From: Acidimicrobiales bacterium
GTDB taxonomy: Bacteria; Actinomycetota; Acidimicrobiia; Acidimicrobiales; Ilumatobacteraceae
Direction: 5' to 3'
Assembly: GCA_035719525.1 (NCBI GenBank)
Contig: DASTFY010000247.1
Coordinates: 1 to 41,431, forward strand
Length of the DNA stretch: 41,431 nucleotides
Positions 21,326 through 27,360 of this stretch are shown here, in pieces. How positions within the stretch are numbered: position 1 is the first letter of the stretch; every line of letters begins with the position of its first letter. The notes beneath the pieces are model-generated. The model made no database searches. It was not told the origin of the DNA and worked only from the letters and a program-made list of their open reading frames with translations. The position numbers and the translations under genes were made by a program.

Positions 21326-22194
21326 GCCGGCACCGCCTGGTGGGCGAGCGCGCGCAGAGCCTCCCGCACCTGTTCCAATGTGGCCCCCCAGGGCACGACG
21401 GCCCGCTGGTCCCGGCCGCTGCCCTCCAGCTCGATGCGGTCCTCCAGGAGGCAGCACTTGGTGAGCACGGGGCCCTGTCCCGCGTCGGGCCGGGCGCGGG
21501 GACAGAAGTCGATCGTCGGCGGGCGCTCTCCGTAGAACCACCGGTGGATCTCCTGCGACCGGGCACAGCCGAGCAGCGTCCACTCCTGCGGCGGCGGGCG
21601 CTGATCGAGGTACCAGGTGGCACCGCTCGGCACCGTGATGCCGGAGCCGCGGCAGGGCAGCAGCACGTCGCCCTGGGGCGGGGCCAGCGCGGCGAGATCG
21701 ACGAGCTCCGGCTGGAGCAGCACGGGCGGGAGCTCCTCGGCCACGTCCAGGACTCGCTGGGCCTGGTCCACGAGCTTGGCCGGGATGGGCGGTACCACCT
21801 CCCGTACCCTGACCACCACGGGCTCCGGGTCGAGCAGGAAGTTCACGTGGTGGTATCGGCCCTCCACCACCACGCAGCGGGCCGACGGATGCTCGGCGGC
21901 GACGCGGGCGAGCTGTGAGGGGACGCCGGTGTCGGTGTCGGGACGGCGGACGAGCACCGTCTCGTCCGGACCGGCCAGCACGGTCACCCGGCGAGCAGGG
22001 GAGAACAACGGGCCGGTGTCGTCGAGCTCCACCTCGACCAGCGCGTGGCCGCCAGCGCCGACCGCCACGACGTAGCGCGTCCTGCGGTAGCACTCCCGAC
22101 CCAGGAAGTGCGCCACCAGCGCGTCCTCGGTGAGGGGCACGTCGACATCGCTGACCGAGACCTGCCGGTAGGCGCCGGGAACGAGGTTGCCCAC
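21310..22194 (-). CDS. hypothetical protein, no recognisable family
   Basis: GTG at 22194 with a GAGGG RBS, 9 nt after the ComA stop. Strong GC3 bias. Its 3' end overlaps the next gene. Cys-containing motifs: LLPCRGSG, LLGCARSQEIH, DFCPRAR, TKCCLLED. Confidence 0.55.
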   Translation of the reverse strand: MGNLVPGAYRQVSVSDVDVPLTEDALVAHFLGRECYRRTRYVVAVGAGGHALVEVELDDTGPLFSPARRVTVLAGPDETVLVRRPDTDTGVPSQLARVAAEHPSARCVVVEGRYHHVNFLLDPEPVVVRVREVVPPIPAKLVDQAQRVLDVAEELPPVLLQPELVDLAALAPPQGDVLLPCRGSGITVPSGATWYLDQRPPPQEWTLLGCARSQEIHRWFYGERPPTIDFCPRARPDAGQGPVLTKCCLLEDRIELEGSGRDQRAVVPWGATLEQVREALRALAHQAVPAWAPA

Positions 22195-22202
22195 GCCCGC
22201 CC

Positions 22203-22985
22203 TCAGGATCGGACCGGGATCTGCCGTAGCAGGGCGGACGCCGTGGTGTCGGCCCGCAGCCCGAGGCGGAGCGCCTCCAGCCCCATCGCGTCCCGCGGGG
22301 CCACGTTCGAGAGGTTGACCTGCGATCCGACGTGGTTGACGAACCATGCCTGCTGGTCCTTGCGCGGCGCCTCGAACATCAGCCGCTCCGTCCCGACGCG
22401 CTCCACCAGAGCCTCGACCACGTCCGTTCGGACTCGGCCGTCCGGCCCGTAGATGCCCACGGTGCCGCTCTCGCGTCCCTCCGTGATCACCCAGGTCGCC
22501 CCGGCGTCCAGGTCGGCGAGGGCGAGCTCGACCCAGGCGCCGGCGGTCAGCGCCGGTTGCGGATCCTTGGTGCCGACCTCGGCGATGACGGGCACGCAGC
22601 TTCCGACGCGCCGGATGAGCGCCGCCTTGCGCTCGGCGCCGAGCAGGTCGAGGCCGTCACTCACCTCGAGGAACGGGAACCCGCACTCCAACGCCCATTC
22701 CAAGAACGCGTCGACTCGGTCCTGGAGGGCGGCGATCTCGAGCAGGGTGCCTCCGGGGCAGGGGGCCACGCCATGGCGGCGCAACACCGCGAGCTTGGCC
22801 GCCAGCCGGGGATCGAGGTAGGAGCTGCCCCAGCCGAGCTTCCAGAGATCGATGAAGCCGGCGTTGGTGTCCAGGACGGCGTCCACGTCCTCCACCGGCA
22901 GCCCGCCGTCGATCACGGCGGTGATGCCGTGTGAGCGTGGCTTGGCCGGGCGTTGCTCCAGGTCGAGGAACGTCGGCCGGCCCAT
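22203..22985 (-). CDS. phosphosulfolactate synthase (ComA) family protein
   Basis: 260 aa. KPR..G.T.V.D.G........D.L......IDL.K.GWG.S resembles ComA/(2R)-phospho-3-sulfolactate synthase. First gene of a six-gene coupled operon. Confidence 0.75.
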   Translation of the reverse strand: MGRPTFLDLEQRPAKPRSHGITAVIDGGLPVEDVDAVLDTNAGFIDLWKLGWGSSYLDPRLAAKLAVLRRHGVAPCPGGTLLEIAALQDRVDAFLEWALECGFPFLEVSDGLDLLGAERKAALIRRVGSCVPVIAEVGTKDPQPALTAGAWVELALADLDAGATWVITEGRESGTVGIYGPDGRVRTDVVEALVERVGTERLMFEAPRKDQQAWFVNHVGSQVNLSNVAPRDAMGLEALRLGLRADTTASALLRQIPVRS

Positions 22986-22992
22986 GTCTCTT

Positions 22993-23021
22993 ATGGTAAA
23001 CGGTCACCTACTATCGTTCAA
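22993..23021 (-). promoter_or_regulatory. candidate sigma-70-like promoter for the ComA operon (leaderless)
   Basis: On the minus strand: TTGAAC, 17 nt, TACCAT, 7 nt, then the ATG (22985). The whole divergent intergenic region is only 38 bp. Confidence 0.45.
23009..23014 (+). promoter_or_regulatory. candidate -10 TACTAT for the AIR-synthase-related gene (leaderless)
   Basis: TACTAT ends 9 nt before the ATG at 23024. No clear -35 element. Confidence 0.3.
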
Positions 23022-23023
23022 CC

Positions 23024-24031
23024 ATGCAGGACCACGGCAGCGGCGACCGTGACGACCTGCGCACCATCATCGCCGCCGTGCGCTCCAGCGGGGGCTGGAC
23101 GTCCAAGGCCAGCATCGGCCAGGTCGGCGAGGTGCTCGGTCGCCCGGACTGGTTGACCGGACCGGGGGACGACGGTGCCGTCGTGCGGGCCGGCGACGAC
23201 TCGCTGGTCGTCTGCGGTGAGGCCATCCTGCCCGCGTTCGTCGAGCGGGACCCGTACGGCGCCGGCGTCGCCGCCGTGCTGGCCAACGTCAACGACGTCG
23301 CCGCCATGGGCGCCGTTCCCCTCGCCGTGGTCGACACCCTGGTCGGGGACGACGCCACTTGCCGGGCGGCGCTGGAGGGCATGCGCTTCGCGTCGGCCCT
23401 GTACGACGTGCCGGTGGTGGGCGGGCACCTGACCCGCAGCCCTGACCGCACCGCGCTCTCCGCGTTCGCGCTGGGCCGCTGCCCCGGCCCCGTGCTCTCG
23501 GCCACTCATGTCCGGCCCGGTCACCAACTCGGCCTGCTCGGCTGCCTGGAAGGCACCATGCGGTCCGACTTCCCGTTCTTCCCCTCCTTCGACGAGCGGG
23601 GCGACCGCCTCGCCGGGGACGTCCGCCTGCTGGCGGCGCTGGCCGGGGACGGATCGTGCGTGGCGGCCAAGGACGTGAGCATGGCGGGGCTGCTCGGCAG
23701 CCTGGCGATGCTGCTGGAGCCCACCCGAACCGGTGTCGTCCTCGACCTCGACGACGTTCCCGTTCCCGCTGGAGTCGGGTTGCTCGAGTGGCTGGTGTGC
23801 TTCCCGTGTCTGGTGTTCCTCGTGTGCGGCCCGCCGGCCGAAGCAGCGACGATCGCGACGGCAGCCGAGGACCGCGGCCTGACGTACGCGCCACTCGGCA
23901 CCATCGACGGCAGTGGGGTGGTCGCCCTCCGGCGGGGGGACGAGTCGTCCGAGCTGATCGATCTCCGCTCCGAGGGGATCACCCGGCTGCCACCCCCAAA
24001 CGGGGCCGTCCCCCTCGCTACAGATCGATGA
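23024..24031 (+). CDS. AIR-synthase-related protein, sll0787 family (Nit1C component)
   Basis: PurM-like motifs DDGAVV, AVLANVNDVAAMGA.P, GGH. The size and context match the sll0787/MSMEG_0566 type. Confidence 0.75.
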   Translation: MQDHGSGDRDDLRTIIAAVRSSGGWTSKASIGQVGEVLGRPDWLTGPGDDGAVVRAGDDSLVVCGEAILPAFVERDPYGAGVAAVLANVNDVAAMGAVPLAVVDTLVGDDATCRAALEGMRFASALYDVPVVGGHLTRSPDRTALSAFALGRCPGPVLSATHVRPGHQLGLLGCLEGTMRSDFPFFPSFDERGDRLAGDVRLLAALAGDGSCVAAKDVSMAGLLGSLAMLLEPTRTGVVLDLDDVPVPAGVGLLEWLVCFPCLVFLVCGPPAEAATIATAAEDRGLTYAPLGTIDGSGVVALRRGDESSELIDLRSEGITRLPPPNGAVPLATDR

Positions 24032-24488
24032 CCATCGGCTGGTGCTCCACACCGACGTAGATCTCCCTCGGCCCGTCCGTTCGCCATCCCAGACGTCGGA
24101 AGAAGCCGACGTTGGCCGGCTGGATGTGCGCGACCATGCGCTGCCCGCCCAGGCGGCCCGCCGTGGCGACCGCGAAGCGCACGAGCGGTGCGCCCGTGCT
24201 GTGCCGCCGGTACGCGTGGGCGACGGCCAGGCGATCGCCCTGCCACAGCAGGCTGCTCGGCTCCAGCGGGTAGAGGCGCACTGTCCCGGCCGGTTGGCCG
24301 TCCCACAGGGCCAGCACCTTGAGCGTGGACGGATCGTCGTCATGCCCGTCCCGGTCGTCGGGGTCGAACAGCCCCTGCTCCTCGACGAAGACCTCCGCGC
24401 GGATCCGATGGTGGTGGTGGAGGCTCCATGCGTCGTCAACGAGGCGGCACTCGGCGGCCGGGGCGGCGATCGCCGTCGGCTCAGCCAC
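24018..24488 (-). CDS. GNAT N-acetyltransferase, MSMEG_0567/Sll0786 family (Nit1C component)
   Basis: GTG at 24488 (8-nt overlap with the radical SAM gene). R.EVFVEEQGLF..DDRD..DD, GTVRLYP and ...W.GDRLAV...R....G..LVRFAV..A...G...M.A.IQ..N..FF.RLGW match the family pattern. Confidence 0.75.
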   Translation of the reverse strand: MAEPTAIAAPAAECRLVDDAWSLHHHHRIRAEVFVEEQGLFDPDDRDGHDDDPSTLKVLALWDGQPAGTVRLYPLEPSSLLWQGDRLAVAHAYRRHSTGAPLVRFAVATAGRLGGQRMVAHIQPANVGFFRRLGWRTDGPREIYVGVEHQPMVIDL

Positions 24489-25653
24489 CGGCGACGGCGA
24501 CCGTGGGCTTGCGGCCGATCTGGAGGTGGCGTTCCACCGCGGCCATGGGGGAGCAGGCGTTGCAGCGCGAGCACCCGGCCTTCGCCGTGCCCGAGCCGAT
24601 GCCGCCGCCCTCGAGGTGGGCGGCCACGCGACGGGCGATGCGCTCGACGTCGATCGGGTCGGGGGGCGACCAGTCGGCCATGAGGCTCCCGGCCACCGGC
24701 CGCAGCGGCACGACGAAGGGGTAGACCCCGGCGTCGATGGCGCGCCGGCATCCCTCGACGACGAGGTCGGGATCCTCACCCATGCCAATGATGACGTAGG
24801 TGGTCACCTGGCCCCGGCCGAAGAGCGCCACCGCCCGCTCCCAGGCCTCGAAGTAGCGCGCGATGCCGGTTCGGGCCTTGGCCGGAGCGACCCTTTCCAG
24901 CACGGTCGGGTCGAACGTCTCGACGTGGATGCCGACAGTGTCGGCGCCCAGCGCGTGGACGCGGTCGATGACGTCGAGATCCTCTGGCGGTTCGAACTGC
25001 ACCTCGACCGGCAGACCGCTGGCCTCCTTGACCGCCTGGGCGCACTGCCCGACGTACAGGGCGCCTCGGTCGGGTGCGCGTGTGCTCCCGGTCGTCAGGG
25101 TGACGTCCACGGCGCCATCGAGGTCCCGCGCCGCCACCGCCACCTCGGCGAGTTGGGACGGCGTCTTCTTGGCGATCGTGCGGCCGGAGGCGAGCGACAC
25201 GCCGATACCGCAGAAGGTGCACTGGTCGTCGTTCCCCCAGTAGGCGCAGGTCTGGAGGACGGTGCTGGCCAGCGAGTCGAGGTGGAGGAGCGCGATCTTC
25301 CAGTACGGGACGCCCTCGGCCGTCTCCAGGTCGTAGAAGCGCGGGCGGGGCTGGGTCCGGGCGCCGGCCACCCGGCGGCCGTGCTCGTAGATGGCGACAC
25401 CGCCGACGGGACCATCGCCTCGCGTCTCGTCCCCGCGGAGCTCGAAGGGCGAGTGCAGCGTCCGCTCCGGGTCGGTGTCGAGCGTCAGCGCGAGGTCCTC
25501 CACCCAGATCATGCCGACATCGGACGGCCCGGCTCCACCGCGACGACCCTCGGTGGCCACCGCCACCCTCAGCCCTTCCGACTGCAGCCGGAGGACCACC
25601 GCCGCCAGATCGTCGTGTGCGGGATCCTCGTGTCGGATCATGACCAGCGACAT
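24481..25653 (-). CDS. radical SAM protein, MSMEG_0568 family (Nit1C component)
   Basis: 390 aa. Cys triad C136-x8-C145-x2-C148 (CAYWGNDDQCTFCG), a TIM-barrel-like core and a C-terminal CSRCNAC. ATG lies 3 nt after the upstream stop. Confidence 0.8.
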   Translation of the reverse strand: MSLVMIRHEDPAHDDLAAVVLRLQSEGLRVAVATEGRRGGAGPSDVGMIWVEDLALTLDTDPERTLHSPFELRGDETRGDGPVGGVAIYEHGRRVAGARTQPRPRFYDLETAEGVPYWKIALLHLDSLASTVLQTCAYWGNDDQCTFCGIGVSLASGRTIAKKTPSQLAEVAVAARDLDGAVDVTLTTGSTRAPDRGALYVGQCAQAVKEASGLPVEVQFEPPEDLDVIDRVHALGADTVGIHVETFDPTVLERVAPAKARTGIARYFEAWERAVALFGRGQVTTYVIIGMGEDPDLVVEGCRRAIDAGVYPFVVPLRPVAGSLMADWSPPDPIDVERIARRVAAHLEGGGIGSGTAKAGCSRCNACSPMAAVERHLQIGRKPTVAVAGG

Positions 25654-25656
25654 TTA

Positions 25657-26319
25657 CTATGGGTGATGGCGAGCGTCAACCTCCACACCCCACTCGCCAG
25701 CCAATCGCCGGAGGATCTCGTCCCACCCGCTCCTGTCCCGAGCCACCAACTCGTCGGTCTCCGAGCCCTCGTGGGAGGTCACCTCGCCGGTGTCCAGGTC
25801 GACGTCGACAGGCACCAACCGCCACTGTGGTTCTCCGGTGTCGAGGTCGGGCTCCAGCGTCGTGCGGACCCCACGGGCCAGGCCGAGGTGAACGCGGAGC
25901 TCGGGCACGGTGGACAGGAGTCCGATGGTCGCCGGAGACGCCACATCCACCCACGAGGCACCCGACTCCCGCGCCGCTCCGAACGCCTCGACGCGGCGCT
26001 GCTGGTCCTCTGCCTGGGTGATCTCGCGGTCGCGGGTGGCGCAGGCGGCGGCGACCAGGTCGTCGGGGGCCAGCCCGACGAGCTGCAGGGCACCGAGATC
26101 GAGGCGGGTGAGCGCCTCGGTCGGGTCACGACTGAAGGCCAGCAGGCCCTGGTGATCATGGACGTCCTCGCGCAAGAAGGCCAGCAATCCGCCCACCGCC
26201 TCGATGGCCTGCTGATAGGCCGGCACGCTGATCATGGCCAGGGGGTAGACGCGGGCTTCCGCCGCGCTCCACCGGCCGCGGGCGGCCCCCAGCTCGTGGT
26301 CGGCGGGTGCGGGCGTCAC
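25657..26319 (-). CDS. hypothetical protein, no recognisable family
   Basis: GTG at 26319 with a strong AAGGAGG RBS 5 nt upstream. GC3-biased. First gene of the hyp-rSAM-GNAT operon. Confidence 0.6.
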   Translation of the reverse strand: MTPAPADHELGAARGRWSAAEARVYPLAMISVPAYQQAIEAVGGLLAFLREDVHDHQGLLAFSRDPTEALTRLDLGALQLVGLAPDDLVAAACATRDREITQAEDQQRRVEAFGAARESGASWVDVASPATIGLLSTVPELRVHLGLARGVRTTLEPDLDTGEPQWRLVPVDVDLDTGEVTSHEGSETDELVARDRSGWDEILRRLAGEWGVEVDARHHP

Positions 26320-26351
26320 CGTCCTCCTTCTGCGGAAGTTCCCTCCGGCTG

Positions 26352-26380
26352 TTGACGATCCTACGTTTCATTTCCACTAT
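26352..26380 (+). promoter_or_regulatory. candidate promoter for the carbamate kinase-FdrA-glycosyltransferase operon
   Basis: TTGACG (26352-26357), 17 nt, CACTAT (26375-26380). The GTG start is 11 nt downstream, so the leader is very short or absent. Confidence 0.4.
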
Positions 26381-26391
26381 CCTCAACAAGC

Positions 26392-27360
26392 GTGGGAGGA
26401 CGCGCCGTTGTCGCCCTCGGTGGCAACGCCCTCGTCGGGTCGGGCGAGGCGGGTACGTACCGGGAGCAATGTGCGCGCGCCCGCGCCATGGCCGAGCCCG
26501 TCGCCGGGCTCGTGTCATCGGGCTGGCAGGTGGTCCTCGTCCACGGCAACGGGCCCCAGGTCGGCGCGCTCGCCCTCCAGCAGGAATCGGCTCGCGCCGT
26601 GGTGCCCGGCCAGCCGCTCTTCTCGCTGGTGGCCATGACGCAGGGCGCCACCGGGAGCCTGCTGACCCTCGCGCTGAGGGAGCGGCTCGGCCCGCGGCCA
26701 CCCGTCGTATCCATGGTCACCCATACCATCGTCCACGGCGACGACCCGGCCTTCACGGCGCCGACGAAGCCGATCGGGCCCTTCCTAGACGAGGCAGAGG
26801 CGCGGCAACTCGCGCTCGAACGGGGCTGGACGGTGGTCGACGACTCCGGCCGGGGCTGGCGACGGGTCGTGCCGTCGCCCGAGCCGCTGGGGCTGCTGGA
26901 GTTGGCGACGGTGAGGGCGCTGGTGGAGATCGGCGCGGTCGTCATCGCCAGCGGCGGTGGTGGCATCCCCGTCGTCATGACCGGGCGGGGCTACCGCGGC
27001 ATCGAAGCGGTGGTCGACAAGGATCTGGCCGCGGGACGACTCGCCTCCGATCTCGGCGTCGACGCGCTGGCCATCGTCACCGAGGTGCCCGCCGCCGCCG
27101 TCGACTTCGGCACGCCGGCCGAGCGGCCCCTCGGGGACGTGCCCGTCGGGGAGGCCGAACGGCTTCTGGCGGCCGGGCAGTTCGCCGCCGGGAGCATGGG
27201 CCCGAAGGTCGAGGCGGCCGCCCGGTTCGTCCGCCAAGGCGGCTCGATGGCCGTGATCACCTCCGTCGACCGGCTGCTGGCCACCCTGTCGCCAGGTGCC
27301 GGGCGAGCGCCGACCGGCACCCGGATCCGGCCGGAGGGCCAGCCGGCCCCCGCCGGATGA
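26392..27360 (+). CDS. arcC: carbamate kinase
   Basis: RAVVALGGNAL, VLVHGNGPQVG, KPIGPF, GGGGIPV and VVDKDL are classic carbamate kinase / amino-acid-kinase motifs. Confidence 0.85.
   Translation: MGGRAVVALGGNALVGSGEAGTYREQCARARAMAEPVAGLVSSGWQVVLVHGNGPQVGALALQQESARAVVPGQPLFSLVAMTQGATGSLLTLALRERLGPRPPVVSMVTHTIVHGDDPAFTAPTKPIGPFLDEAEARQLALERGWTVVDDSGRGWRRVVPSPEPLGLLELATVRALVEIGAVVIASGGGGIPVVMTGRGYRGIEAVVDKDLAAGRLASDLGVDALAIVTEVPAAAVDFGTPAERPLGDVPVGEAERLLAAGQFAAGSMGPKVEAAARFVRQGGSMAVITSVDRLLATLSPGAGRAPTGTRIRPEGQPAPAG

Noticed and set aside
21326-22093. N-terminal 256 residues of the 708-aa track ORF 19967..22093(-)
   Set aside because: The sequence is Arg/Pro/Gly-rich and low in complexity. 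It is fully overlapped by the better-supported hypothetical CDS 21310..22194 in another frame. The lyase homology only begins near the GTG at 21325.
24319-26355. 678-aa plus-strand ORF antisense to the GNAT, radical SAM and hypothetical genes
   Set aside because: This is a typical stop-codon-poor antisense frame in high-GC DNA, with no recognisable motifs, while the opposite strand has clear family signatures. The same reasoning applies to 2815..4152(+), 5620..6975(+), 5834..7174(-), 9018..10865(+), 9037..10335(-), 17973..19031(+), 27687..28676(-) and 35939..37549(-).
26307-27356. Reading FdrA as an 867-aa protein starting at 26307 (likewise 28010..28906 upstream of the GT, 8434..9102 upstream of kynU, 7793..8254 upstream of kynA, 38003..38779 upstream of the wHTH gene)
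   Set aside because: In each case the upstream part of the track ORF runs out of frame across a well-supported gene. The recognisable domain begins at an internal start that overlaps the previous gene's stop codon.
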